In this document: piece by piece, positions 25,025 to 38,290 of the stretch
How positions within the stretch are numbered: the stretch's first letter is position 1
How the letters are laid out: the number at the start of each line of letters is the position of its first letter
The notes under the pieces: model-generated
Told to the model about the DNA's origin: nothing
Seen by the model: the letters and a program-made list of their open reading frames with translations, nothing else
The model's database searches: none
Translations under genes and position numbers: made by a program
Origin: Eledone cirrhosa
Taxonomy: Eukaryota
NCBI GenBank assembly: GCA_964016885.1
Contig: OZ024759.1
Span: forward strand, 34,410,001 to 34,474,000
Direction of reading: 5' to 3'
DNA length: 64,000 nucleotides

Positions 25025-26124
25025 AAGATGCTGGAGACTTGTAGGAACATGTGATAGAGCGGATATCCGTCGGTCAGTAGCAATGAAAACACACATACAT
25101 ACACACAAACAGACACACGCACTATCGAATATACAGTAACGCACACAGTCGTATACACACACATATACGCAGCGGCACATTGGTGTGTGTGTGCGTGTGT
25201 ATTTATATGTGTATGTGTGTATATAAATATATGTGTTTATATGTATTTATATGTGTATGTGTGTTAATAAATGTGTGTGTCTGTGTGTGTGTGTACTTGT
25301 ATGTGTGAATATAGACACATACACACATATATATATATATGGGGGGGGGGGTATATATGTGATTCAGACACGCAGCAACACATGTATCTGTGTGTGTATA
25401 TATATGTATATGTGTTTGTATATATATGGATATATGTGTATATATATGTATATGTGTGTATATATATATGTGTGTGTATATATATGTGTATATGTGTGTA
25501 TATATATGTATCTGTGTGTATATATATATGTATATGTGCGTGTATATATTTGTATGTGTGTATGTGTGTGTGTATATATGTATGTGTGTGTATATATATA
25601 TATATATGTATGTGTGTGTATATATATATATATGTATATGTATATGTGTGTTTATATATATGAGTGTGTGTGTATGTATATGTGTGTGTGTATATGTGTG
25701 TTTATATATATGAGTGTGTGTGTATGTATATGTGTGTGTGTATATATATGTGTATATGTGTGTATAAATGTATGTATATGTGTGTGTATATCTGTGTATA
25801 TATGTATGTATATGTGTGTGTATATATGTATACATACACCAACAGGTAGATTGGTGTGTACAAATTCACACAGGCTATTTGATACATATACACACATATA
25901 CATATACAGACATTGACATATACACACATATACTTACATTGGTGTACACACTGTTACACACACTTACACACACACACGTGTATGAGTAGACAACGGATGT
26001 AGAGCGGCGGCACGAGGTAATATACTTCAAACGAATGTGATGGAAGTGTTTCATTATACCGTGTAGAGCATTAAAACCTGTTGTCCGGTTGTCATGGCTG
26101 GCTGCTCACATTATTTGGCAATTG

Positions 26125-26495
26125 GTCTGTCTGTCTGTCCCTCACTCCCTCCATCTGTCCCTCCGTCCGTCTGTCCCTCCGTCAGTCTGTCTGTCCATCT
26201 GTCCGTCCGTCCCTCCGTCTGTCCGTCCCTCTCTCCGTCTATCTGTCCGTCCCTCCATCTGCCCGTCCCTCCGCACGTCTGTCTGTCCGTCCCTCCGTCT
26301 GTCTGTCCGTCCATCTGTCCGTCTGTTCGTCCATCTGTCCGTCCATCTGTCCGTCCCTCCGTCTGTCCGTCCCTCCGTCCCACCGTCCGTCCCACCGTCC
26401 GTCCGTCTGTCTGTCACTCGCTCCGTCCGTCCCTCGCTCTGTCCGCCCCTCCGTCCCTCGCTCTGTCCTCCCTCCGTCCATCCCTCCGTCCCTCT
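26125..26495. repeat. (TCCG/TCTG/TCCC)n tetranucleotide repeat
   Basis: Direct inspection. Confidence 0.9.
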
Positions 26496-26643
26496 GACCA
26501 ACGGTTAAAAATACAGATATGAATATATATATATAGTCCTATCAAAGTTCTTTCGTTGCACATCTGCAACATCATCAGTGGTACTATTATGTTTCCTCCT
26601 GTTGTATTGTAATGTCAACGCCATTTTTATTTTATTTTATTTA

Positions 26644-26708
<65 letters not shown>

Positions 26709-26794
26709 ATAAGTATGTTTGTGCCACCCATGTATGAGAAAAAGTTCAAGGGATGGCAATTCTCCAACCTGTGACGCAGCGATTATATATGCAA

Positions 26795-26841
<47 letters not shown>

Positions 26842-26873
26842 TTCAAAATATTAACAAAATAAATATTCAAGTA

Positions 26874-26940
26874 TACTTTATTATACATATTTCAGAGGTA
26901 CTGAGTTAAGTTCAACAGTACGTCCTCATCAGATAAAATA
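26874..26940 (-). ncRNA. Type I hammerhead (family D)
   Basis: UAUUUUAU-CUGAUGA-GGAcGUACUG..CAGUACcUCU-GAA-AUAUGUAU-A-AUAAAGUA. Confidence 0.72.
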
Positions 26941-27108
26941 AGATGATGCATGACTTACCCTGACATAGTAGATGGTTAAGATTCAGTCATGGTAGTGAGT
27001 AACATATGACAAAACTCAATATTTATACCCTAATATTGAGGACATGAGAAAAATATATAATACAAACAATAGAGAGGGTGCGTGTAATACAGCTTGTTTA
27101 ACCTTGTT

Positions 27109-27151
<43 letters not shown>

Positions 27152-27287
27152 GTTCAAGAGTAACCAATCTTAAAGAGAGAGATGGAGATAGGAGAGGAGA
27201 TATGAGAGGAGAGATTGGTGAATTAGTTAGAAGCCAAAGCGTAAAGGCATGTGCTCAATGTAAACGGACATTATTATTATTAATAAA

Positions 27288-27500
27288 GGGCGGTGGATTG
27301 CCAGTGTCGGTAGAGGGCCGGACGCCATGCTTTCCAGCATAGTTACGTCCCTTTACGATCTGAGTTCAAATCCCGCCGAGGTTGACTTTGCCTTTCATCC
27401 TTACGGGGTCGATAAAATAAAGTACCAGTAATGCACTGGGTAATTGGTGGCCTTGTGCCTAAAGTAGAAATAATTATTATTAATATTAATATTATTATTA
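27288..27500 (+). mobile_element. Type 1 tRNA-derived SINE, apparently full length
   Basis: GAGTTCAAATCC B-box; gttgactttgcctttcatcctt..gtcgataaaataaagtacc central domain; (ATT)n tail. Confidence 0.82.
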
Positions 27501-27571
27501 TTCTCTACATTCCTTACATCAAACTAAAATATGTTGACAATCTTCCTTGTGAAATGTGTGGTCTTGCTTTG

Positions 27572-27608
<37 letters not shown>

Positions 27609-27611
<3 letters not shown>

Positions 27612-27943
27612 ATATATTAACACATGGAAACTATATTTATAAAACCATATTTATTTCATTATGCATATTTCAAGGGCCACCAGAGCAAATTATGGTGCGC
27701 TTTCATCAGATAAAATATAATATATTTATAAAACTAACCTACATTATATTTTATCTGATGAAAGCGCACCATAGTTTGCTCTGGTGGCCCTTGAAATATC
27801 TATAATGAAATAAATATGGTTTTATAAATATAGTTTCCATGTGTTAATATATTGTATATTTACTCCAATAATTTGTTGAGTGCTTTATATCAGTTATAAA
27901 AATATTTTGCTTGTTGTATCCCAACGAATTAAATATAAACCTC

Positions 27944-27947
<4 letters not shown>
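27609..27947 (+). mobile_element. Family C fold-back element (palindrome 27609-27855 plus ~90-bp tail)
   Basis: ~110-bp inverted arms; hammerheads at 27652-27717 (-) and 27747-27812 (+); (TA)n flanks. Confidence 0.82.
27747..27812 (+). ncRNA. Type I hammerhead (family C)
   Basis: UAUUUUAU-CUGAUGA-AAG..CACCA..UGGUG..CUU-GAA-AUAUCUAU-A-AUGAAAUA; the mirror copy has AUGCAU in stem III. Confidence 0.72.
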
Positions 27948-27986
<39 letters not shown>

Positions 27987-27988
<2 letters not shown>

Positions 27989-28080
27989 CGAAGGAAGTGT
28001 GGTAAGGAACCTGGTGGACCATAAATAGCTGTCGAAACGGCTTGAGCTCTGCCGTCGGGGCTCTGACTCTTTTCCTATTA
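27987..28080. mobile_element. Family A rearranged element (inverted tail joined to hammerhead 3' half)
   Basis: Reverse-complement tail, then atagctgtc-GAAACGG-cttGAGCTCtg-CCGTC-gggg. Confidence 0.65.
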
Positions 28081-28517
28081 TATATATATATAGTTGCGTG
28101 TGTGGGTGTCTAAATACATTTCTGTTTGCTTTTATCTACGTGTTATGTGCTAGAACAAATATGTGGTTGACTATACTGTTATATGTATGTGTATTTCTTT
28201 AAACTGGTGTGTGTGTGTGTGTGTGTGTATATCTGCGTGTGTATGTATATGTATGTGTATTTCTTTAACCTAGTGTGTGTATATCTGCGTGTGTATGTAT
28301 ATGTATGTGTATTTCTTTAAACTGGTGTGTGTGTGTGTATATCTGCGTGTGTATGTATATATGTGTGTGTTGTTTTCTGTTGTTGTCTTGTTTGACTTTT
28401 GGTGAATCTGTCAACATCTTTCGGTTGCAGAAGACGTCACTACGTGCATGAGAAAACACCTTTGTGTCCTCCTGGGATTCTCACACTAGTTGACAGGGAT
28501 CAGACACATATAAACAC

Positions 28518-28552
<35 letters not shown>

Positions 28553-28969
28553 CTCCCTCTCTCTCTCTCTCTCATTCCCCCTCTCTCTCTCTCTCATTCC
28601 CCCTCTCTCTCTCTCTCTCATTCTCCCTCTCTCTCCCTCTCCCTCTCTCTCATTCTCCCTCTCTCTCCCTCTCTCTCCCTCTCTCTCCCTCTCTCTCTCT
28701 CTCTCTCATTCTCCCTCCCCCTCTCTCTCTCTCTCTCTCATTCTCCCTCCCCCCTCTCTCTCATTATCCATCCCCCTCTCTCTCTCTCTCATTCCCCCCC
28801 CCTCTCTCTCTCTCCCCCCCCCCCCCTCTCTCTCTCTCTATTTTCCTCTCTCTTTTATCTATCTCACTCTCTCTCTTCCTCTCTCTCCCTCTCTCATATA
28901 AACATGGATGTGCAATGAAGATATACACTATACTGAATACACTCAAACGCCAACAAACATATTCGCATA

Positions 28970-29038
<69 letters not shown>

Positions 29039-29201
29039 TATATATATATGGGGGGGGGTACACAACACAAAATTACGTATACAGTATGTGTGTGTGTAAG
29101 TGCAGAGATATGTATGTAAGTGTGATTAGACAACACACGAGATTACGTACACGACATTTCTATGTGTATTGATCTGTGTGTGTTTGTGGACATATATGTT
29201 G

Positions 29202-29235
<34 letters not shown>

Positions 29236-29524
29236 AATACAAGCATGTATAATGTTATGTGTACACAAACACAGATGTATCAATATTGTGTTTTGCCCTG
29301 ACATTTACACACCACTCAATACTGACCTTCTGATTTAAACCCCCCAAACACACAACCACCCTACAGAAAAGGCATTGCCAGAATACCCCAAATAACTGTT
29401 ATTATTTGTCTGAAGGGGGGCATCTATGTGGTAGCAAGATGAGAGTATCTTGTAAGACCAGGGCTCGTCAGGCAGGTAATTATTCCCGGTGTGCTTTGCG
29501 TTAAACGACTGAGAGAACAAGACT

Positions 29525-29995
29525 CTCCCTGGATAGGACGAAAGTCTATCGTACGATTAACTTCCAAAGCTACAGTTGAGTGTATTGGAGCAACACAAAA
29601 TAAAGAACATGATTGTACCTGGATAAGACGCCAGTCTATTGTAGAATTACCTCTCCTAATTACTGCTGGTACTCACTTTCAGCTGAGTGTACTGGAACAA
29701 TGTGAAATAAAGAACATGATTGTACCTGGATAAGACGCCAGTCTATTGTAGGATTACCTCTCCTAATTACTGCTGGTACTCACTTTCAGCTGAGTGTACT
29801 GGAACAATGTGAAATAAAGAACATGATTGTACCTGGATAAGACGCCAGTCTATTGTAGGATTACCTCTCCCAATTACTGCTGGTACTCACTTTCAGCTGA
29901 GTGTACTGGAACAATGTGAAATAAAGAACATGATGGTACCTGGATAAGACGCCAGTCTATTGTAGATTAATTCCCTCACCTAGTTCTGGTACTTT
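29525..29995. repeat. 107-bp tandem repeat (~4 copies), SINE-derived
   Basis: aaataaagaacatga at 29598, 29705, 29812, 29919; contains gctggtact and cagctgagt..actggaacaatgtgaaataaag also seen in the SINEs. Confidence 0.9.
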
Positions 29996-30052
29996 CAAAC
30001 TGGCGTAGAATTTAAAGAATTAACTTGTTAACTTTGGTCTTTAGTCATATTG

Positions 30053-30093
<41 letters not shown>

Positions 30094-30164
30094 TGTCTTC
30101 CAAAAGTAACGGTCGCATTTTGAAAGGGTACGTCAATGTTTATTTATAAAACTGGTATATATTG

Positions 30165-30229
30165 TATTTTGTCTGATGAAGGCATACCATAATTTAACTT
30201 GGTATCCTTGAAATATGTATAATGAAATA
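30165..30229 (+). ncRNA. Type I hammerhead (family C variant) in element ~30105-30270
   Basis: UAUUUUGU-CUGAUGA-AGGcAUACCA..UGGUAUCCUU-GAA-AUAUGUAU-A-AUGAAAUA; stem II covaries relative to the 27747 copy. Confidence 0.72.
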
Positions 30230-30531
30230 AATATGGTTTTATAAATATAGTTTCCATTTGTTAATATCGTATATATATATATATATATATATATCAAACT
30301 AAATTCTAGCTACTTAAACATATACATACTAGTACAGTTCATATTACCATCTCTCTCTCTGTGTATATATACATATACATGTGTGTGTGTATATATATAT
30401 ATATGTATAAATATATATATGTATAAATATATATGTATAAATATAGATATATATTTATATATATATATGCATAAATATATATATATATACATGTGTGTGT
30501 GTATATATATCTAATATATATATATATATAT

Positions 30532-30564
<33 letters not shown>

Positions 30565-30754
30565 CATACTATACAAGATGTTAGTAATTCTATGTCAATA
30601 GACAAATAAATAATGTAATTCTAACGACTGCACAGCTTTGTGAAGCTAAGTGTTTGAGTCTAGGATTAATATGGCGGAATATCGTCTGTTTCAGTCAGTT
30701 AAAAGTTAATCACTCTCTCTAGCTGCTTAATCCTATACAGAATCACACACATAC

Positions 30755-31350
30755 TCTCTCTGACTCAATCTCTCTCTCTCTCACTCTCTCTCTCTCTCTC
30801 AATCATTCTCGCTCTCTCTCTCTCTCTTAATCATTGTCTCTCTCTGCCTCACCCTCTCTATCTCTCGCTCTCTCTCTCAATCATTGTCTCTCTCTGTCTT
30901 ACTCTCCTAATCTCTCTCTCTCAATCATTGTCTCTCCCTGTCTTACTCTCTCACTCTCTCAATCATTCTCGCTCTCTCTCTCTCTCTCTCAATCAGTGTC
31001 TCTCTCTGCCTCACCCTCTCTCTCTCTCTCAATCAATCAATCTCTCTCTCTCAATCATTGTCTCTCTCTGTCTTACTCTCTTACTCTCTCTCTCTCAATC
31101 ATTGTCTCTCCCTGTCTTACTCTCTCACTCTCTCAATCATTCTGTCTCTCACTCTCTCTCAATCATTATCTCACTCACTCTCTCTCAATCATTATCTCAC
31201 TATCTCACTCTCTCTCTCATTCTATCTCTCTCTGTCTCTCTCATTATCTCAATCAATCTACCTCTCTCTCCCTCACTCTCCTATCATTATAGCTCATTCT
31301 CTCTCTCAATCATTCTCTCTCACTCTCTTCCATTCTCTCTCAATCATTCA
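30755..31350. repeat. (TC)n-tcaatcatt minisatellite
   Basis: Direct inspection. Confidence 0.9.
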
Positions 31351-31502
31351 TATGATTTCCTACGACTGAAACAGCTCTAGTCCTGTACAAGCCATTTCTT
31401 TATAAAATAACAACATACAAACCAACACTTTATTATGTCTGTTAGATGTTATATATATTATTCATGTATAAGTAATTATGTTTTTACCTCGAACCTTTAA
31501 CT

Positions 31503-31790
31503 ATATACTAGCAGAATGGCCCGGCGTTGCTCGGGATTCTAAACATAGATTGGCATGCTTATCCCTCCTTTCTGAAACAGTACAGAGAAGTACGGTATAC
31601 CTCAGCCTGGGGATAGTGTCTACATTCTGTGCTTATTAGAAAAATACGTCGTAGATTACCAGGGGTTTAACTTAATTGGGTGCCTGAGAGTAACATGTTC
31701 AACCCACGAAAGGCATTCGACAAACCGAACATGTATTTATTGTGCTATGATACAATGAAAGCAATATTTACAGAGCAGTAAGTATGTGGG
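31503..31790 (+). mobile_element. Possible Helitron-type non-autonomous element 5' region
   Basis: tatactagc followed by CCCGG-cgttg-CTCGGG hairpin, typical of Helitron-associated repeats; boundaries unclear. Confidence 0.4.
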
Positions 31791-32148
31791 ACTTAGTGGT
31801 GGAGAGTGGTGTTGTCTTACTCTTTTCAATGTTTCGTCGTATGTTCACCAATTGATGCAGAAGTCCTAATAAAAAGTGAAGTCGCCTTCTGCGAATAGGC
31901 AAATAATATATAACAGTGAAATAGGTGGGCCATTGTTAAAACTATCAGAGGAGAGAAGAAACATTGTTGGCTTAAATCTCGTCGTCTGTTTAATCAATCA
32001 CTGAATCACAAAAAAAAACCTTTGTTTCAACTAGATAGCTTCTCATTTCTCTTACCATTGCTGTCTGTAAAACCCAAAATAAGAACCGAATCAATATGGT
32101 TTTACTCTCAGAATTATCTCAGGGTCCAGCACAGCAGTTTTTTTTATC

Positions 32149-32182
<34 letters not shown>

Positions 32183-32605
32183 GTTTTCCGTTCCGCTTTG
32201 TTGATTGGGTTCGGGTTTTGGCTCCCAAATGATAATGTCTGTGAAGAAAATAATCTTTTTTTTTTATTATTAATTTTCTTTTGTTTTTTTGTTTTTTTCT
32301 ATTTTTTTTTTGTGGTGGTGGTGGTGGTGGTGGGGTGGCAACAGATACGTATACAACTTCTTAGTCAAATACGTAGAACTGTATCTGGAGTTACCATACC
32401 ATACTATATATATATATATATATATATAAACGAGATCGAAATCATATATACATATATGTATATATACATATATATATATATGCTTATTCGTATACACATA
32501 AACAAAATTATTGTTTACACACACACCCATATATATACTTAGGTACATATGTGTCCATATGTGTATTCGTAGTATATATATATACATATATATATATATA
32601 CACAC

Positions 32606-32696
<91 letters not shown>

Positions 32697-32758
32697 CATA
32701 TGTATGTATATATGTATGTATATATATATACATATGTATATATATATATATATACATA

Positions 32759-32798
<40 letters not shown>

Positions 32799-33032
32799 CA
32801 TATGTATGTATATATGTATGTATATATATATACATATGTATATATATATATACATATGTATGTATATATGTGTATATATGTATGTATAAATATATACATA
32901 TGTATATATATATATATACATATGTATATATATATATACATATGTATGTATATATGTGTATATATGTATGTATAAATATATACATATGTATATATATATA
33001 TATACATATGTATGTATATATGTATATATATG

Positions 33033-33071
<39 letters not shown>

Positions 33072-33086
33072 ATATGTATATATATG

Positions 33087-33125
<39 letters not shown>

Positions 33126-33278
33126 ATATGTATATATATATGTATGTATATATGTATATATATGTATGTATATATGTATATATATGTATATATGTATATA
33201 TATACATATTATATATATACATATGTATGTATATATATATATATATATATATACATATTATATATATACATATGTATG

Positions 33279-33310
<32 letters not shown>

Positions 33311-33335
33311 CATATTATATATATACATATGTATG

Positions 33336-33424
<89 letters not shown>

Positions 33425-33477
33425 GTGTGTGTGTATATATATATATATAGATGTGTGTGTATATATATATATATAGA

Positions 33478-33541
<64 letters not shown>

Positions 33542-33550
33542 TAGACATAT

Positions 33551-33605
<55 letters not shown>

Positions 33606-33831
33606 ACTGTTTTTTTGCTTGGGGAGAGAAAAAAAAGATATCTTTATTCCAAAGTTCCATGGAACAGTGAGACATGGTGCCAACTTCCATAAATCAATCT
33701 CCACCACTTTCATCCAGGCCAAATCGTATTCACAGAGAAATTATACCAAGGAAAATATATTTTCACCTTATTTCTCTCTCTTTTCTAAACGGTCATTAGA
33801 TGGGCGTATATTTAAGTTGAGTCTACTGTAG

Positions 33832-34495
33832 TTGATGGTGGTGTTGGTGATGGTGGTGGCGTTATTTCTGATGGTGATGGTGGTGGTGATGTTGTTGATG
33901 ATGGTGATTGTGATGGTGATGTTGTTGCTGATTGTGTTGTTATTGCTGATGGTGATGGTGTTGGTGGCGGTGGTGATGTTGTTGATTATGATGATTGTGT
34001 TATTTGTGATGGTGATCGTAATGGTGATGGTGATGGCGTTGCTGATTGTGTTATTTGTGATGGTGATGGTGATGTTGTTGCTGATTGTGTTGTTATTGCT
34101 GATGGTGATGGTGTTGATTGTGGTCGTGGTGGTGGTGATGTTGTTGATGATGATGATTACGATGGTGATGTTGTTGCTGATTGTGTTGTTATTGCTGATG
34201 GTGGTGGTGGTGATGTTGTTGATGATGGTGATTGTGTTATTTGTGATGGTGATGGTGATGGCGTTTCTGATTGTGTTATGTGATGGTGATGGTGATGTTG
34301 TTGCTGATTGTGTTATTTGTGATGGTGATGATGATGGTGATGGCGTTGCTGATTGTGTTATTGGTGATGGTGATGGTGGTGGTGATGATGATGGTGGTGG
34401 TGTTGATTATGGTGGTGGTGGTGGTGTTGATTATGGTGGTGGTGGTGGTGTTGATGATGTTGTTGGATGTTGATGATGATGATGATGATTATGAA
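33832..34495. repeat. (GAT/GGT/GTT) degenerate trinucleotide minisatellite
   Basis: Direct inspection. Confidence 0.88.
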
Positions 34496-34580
34496 GCATG
34501 TTGCTGGTGGTGTTGAAATGTTCTAGTGTTGCTGCTGGGTGTAAACCTGTGGTTATTACTGCTGTTAGTTCTCTTCTTGA

Positions 34581-34654
34581 TAATTGTTTCTACTTTTGGC
34601 ACAAGGCCAGCAATTAACCAGTACATTACTGGTACTTTATTTTATCGACCCCGA
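34581..34654 (-). mobile_element. Type 1 SINE 3' fragment
   Basis: Reverse complement of ggggtcgataaaataaagtaccagtaatg..ggccttgtgccaaaagtagaaac. Confidence 0.72.
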
Positions 34655-35652
34655 TAGACGCGGTGTGTTTGTTCTTGTTTTCCTTTCTGTTGTCGTTTTT
34701 CTCTCTTTTGTAGCTTGAGTTAATACTCGTGCTTTTGTTAGCGTTTCTCTTGCCGTTGTTTATGTTGATGATGATGCTGATGATGTTAGTGTTAGTACTA
34801 GTACTAGTATTGCTGCTGTTGAGGTGAGCATGGGGTTGGCGCTGCTGCTGATACTGATAGTCATATATTTGTTTGGTTTTAGTTGTTCTCTTGTAGCTTG
34901 AGTTAATACTCGTGCTTTTGTTACCGTTTCTCTTGCGGTCGTTTATGTTGTTGAATATGATGATGATGATGGCAGTGTTAGTATTGATGTTGTTGATGCT
35001 GCTGCTGTTCTAGCTGCTGGTGTGTGGCGATGTTGCTGCTGGTATGTGGCGATGTTGCTGCTGATGGTGAAAATAGAAAAGATTTGGCCCAAACACATGC
35101 CAAATATCTAAGGCATACGGCGCTGAATTCCAACACGAACGAATTTAAAAAAAGATACAAAAATATAAAAGAGACGAAAATTACCAAATATCCAACAACT
35201 CTCTAAGAGTTAGAACCAAAAGAAGTAAGTTTCGACAATAACAACAGCAATAAAAACAGCAACATCATTACCAACAACAGCAACAGCAACAAGAAGAAAA
35301 AAATACCAAGAAGAAGAAAAAAATAAGACGAACAAAATGTTTCGTTTTTTTTTTTATTTTTATTGTCTTGGAGTAGATTCTGGAAAGCTTTTACCGATTT
35401 TAATATCCCTTTCAGTAAAATTCGTTTAAGCAATTAATTTATCGATTTGTCATGTCTCTTGCATGTTTGGTAAGGAATTCTTCATTAATGTGATGGCTTA
35501 GCTAGCTTCAGGGAGTTGGTTGGTTGTCAACTATTGCTCTGGAAAGTGTTACATCTGACAGCAACAATAACAACACGAACAACAATAACAAAAGCTACAC
35601 AGCAACAATAACGGCTACATAATGACAGCAATAATAACAGCTACATAACACA

Positions 35653-35720
<68 letters not shown>

Positions 35721-35930
35721 CTGGCGCTGCTTTCTTCGTAATTACAGTACATGAAGAAGAGAGTAATATATGATAGACAAAGATCCCAGACCTCATTTCC
35801 ATTCCGTGTACTGCCGTGGAATTTGTCTAATTGGACCAAAGAAACAATGTTTCCATTGATCTTTCCAGTTCTGGTACTTTCTACAGTTAGAAGCAGCTGG
35901 TAAAATGTGTATATATATGTTATATATATG

Positions 35931-36106
35931 GGAAAAGAGTCGGGACCCCGACAGCGAGCTCCGACTATTTCGGATCTAGCGGTCGAAACGGGCGGAGCTC
36001 AGCCATCGGGGCCCCGACTCTTTTCCAATTACCCACTCTACTACCCTAATTATCAAGTACTCTGGTGCGTTATGGTCCACCTGGTATCTTACCACACCTT
36101 CTTTGT

Positions 36107-36108
<2 letters not shown>
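35931..36108 (+). mobile_element. Family A fold-back element (palindrome 35931-36026 plus tail)
   Basis: ggaaaagagtcggg.ccccga / tcgggg.cccgactcttttcc arms; GAAACGG..GAGCTC; family A tail to (TA)n. Confidence 0.78.
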
Positions 36109-36162
<54 letters not shown>

Positions 36163-36202
36163 TAAAAAAATAATGAATAAAACAATGAAACAGTTCCTTA
36201 TC

Positions 36203-36237
<35 letters not shown>

Positions 36238-36240
<3 letters not shown>

Positions 36241-36636
36241 AGGTGAGTAATATTGTAGAACAATAAAACTATGCATATATCAGATAAGTAACACTCAACA
36301 GTTGGTAGAACTTAGGTATATATAAAGGAGAAATTAAAAGATGGTTAAAAAAATTCCATATATTTTATTATGCGCATTTCGAAAACAACATCATCCTGAG
36401 ACAAACATTGTGTTCTCATCAGATAAAATAAGGTAACATGATATGAGGCCTAAAAAACACTTGTGAACAAGAAAGTGACCAGTTAACATATGACAAAAGT
36501 ATGAGTGTTTTTAGGCCCCAAATCATGTTACCTTATTTTATCTGATGAGAACACAATGTTTGTCCCAGGATGATGTTGTTTTCGAAATGCGCATAATAAA
36601 ATATATGGAACTTTTTTAACCATCTTTTAATTTCTT

Positions 36637-36645
<9 letters not shown>
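36238..36645 (-). mobile_element. Family E fold-back element (palindrome ~36317-36645, tail 36238-36316)
   Basis: ~140-bp arms; hammerheads at 36361-36430 (-) and 36534-36603 (+). Confidence 0.82.
36534..36603 (+). ncRNA. Type I hammerhead (family E), palindromic stem III
   Basis: UAUUUUAU-CUGAUGA-GAA..UUC-GAA-AUGCGCAU-A-AUAAAAUA; 8-bp stem I. Confidence 0.8.
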
Positions 36646-36679
<34 letters not shown>

Positions 36680-36690
36680 GTACATGTGGT

Positions 36691-36752
<62 letters not shown>

Positions 36753-36844
36753 ACCACTTGTAACTAGGTCTAAACAAAATCGATTTCTTGCAGAGGAGGA
36801 TAGAGAAGGTGAGAAAGGGATATAGAAGAAGAATCGACTCCAAT

Positions 36845-36995
36845 ACTAGACTGGTACTTTCTTTTATCGATGTCGAGGGGATAATGAGGAAAGTTGACCT
36901 CGGCGAGATTCGAACTCAGAGAGCAGTGAGCCAGAACAAATACCGCAAGGTATCCTATCTGACGTTCTAACGGCGTTTTAGCCCACTAACCGCCT
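36845..36995 (-). mobile_element. Type 1 SINE, degenerate
   Basis: Reverse complement GAGTTCGAATCTCGCCGAGGTCAACTTTCCT..CGATAAAAGAAAGTACCAG. Confidence 0.68.
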
Positions 36996-37774
36996 CAGTG
37001 AAATATATAGGATGTTTGTCTTTTCCCTTATTTAGCTTAAACAAAGTTGTTCAAAGTAGGGTTACTGGATAAGATCTGACCCAGGGTTAAACAACAACAA
37101 CAACAACAATCTAATTATTAGTTCCTTTTTCTTCTTCTATATTTCTTCAATATTTGTTCTCTCTTTATTCTCTATTTATAAGCCTATGTAGATATATAAC
37201 ACATAATGTGTTGGGGAGGGGGTCTCTTTGAGGCGGATGGTGTCTGTGGTGGTGTGTGGAGGGGAGTGTGTCTGCTTGAGGCGGGGTAGAAGGCCTTTGT
37301 TTCTGTGTGTGGAGGGGACTGAGTCTTTTTGATGTGAGGAGGGGTTTGTGTGCGCGTTTTGGGGTGTGTGTCTGCTTGAGGCGGGGGATTGTATTTGTGC
37401 GTGCGTGGAGGAGCGTATGTCTGTGTGGTGGTTTTGTGTATGTGTATGTGTGTGTATGTGTGTGTGTGTGTATGTCTGTCTGTGTGTCTACGTTCGTGTC
37501 TATGTGTGTGTGTGTTTTTTCACGTAAGCTTCCAGAGAAAATTCTTTGAATACGAACTCTCTAGTATTTTGATTGAAAGCTTCATGACGAATCGATCTGC
37601 TGATAAGAAAGTATTCCGTACACCTTTCCATCTCCACCATCTATCGATCTCCTACACAATCCCTCTCTATCGAAACATCTAACCATCCACCTCACCAGCC
37701 AGCACGGCATCAAACCATCCATCTTACCAGCTAATCAGTCAGTCTACCAAACATCTAACGACCCTTCTGTCTAT

Positions 37775-38290
37775 CTCACCAGCCAACCATACTACCATCC
37801 AACCAACCAGCCAACCATACTACCATCCAATCAGCCAGCCAACCATACTACCATCCAACCAACCAGCCAGCCATACTACCATCCAATCAGCCAGCCAACC
37901 ATACTACCATCCAATCAGCCAGCCAACCATACTACCATCCAATCAGCCAGCCAACCATACTACCATCCAACCAACCAGCCAGCCATACTACCATCCAATT
38001 AGCCAGCCAACCATACTACCATCCAACCAACCAGCCATACTACCAACCAACCAGCCATACTACCATCCAACCAACCAGCCATACTACCAACCAACCAGCC
38101 ATACTACCATCCAACCAACCAGCCATACTACCATCCAATCAGCCAGCTAACAAGTTATTATACCATTCATTTAACCATCCATCTAACCAGCCCACCATCT
38201 TACCATCCATCCAATCATCCATCTAACCAGCCAGCCAGCCCAGCATCCATCTAACCAGCCCACCATCCATCCAACCATCCAACCATCCAA
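37775..38290. repeat. ~20-28-bp minisatellite (ccatactaccatccaa[tc]ca[ag]ccag)
   Basis: Direct inspection. Confidence 0.92.

Noticed and set aside
27288-27380. tRNA gene (also other B-box hits)
   Set aside because: No cloverleaf; these are SINE heads followed by a shared body and tail.
34709-34950. ~60-bp direct repeat 183 bp apart as LTRs
   Set aside because: No TG..CA pair, TSD or internal signals; looks like a local tandem duplication.
35497-35545. Possible pre-miRNA hairpin
   Set aside because: Stem too short and bulged, no recognisable mature sequence.
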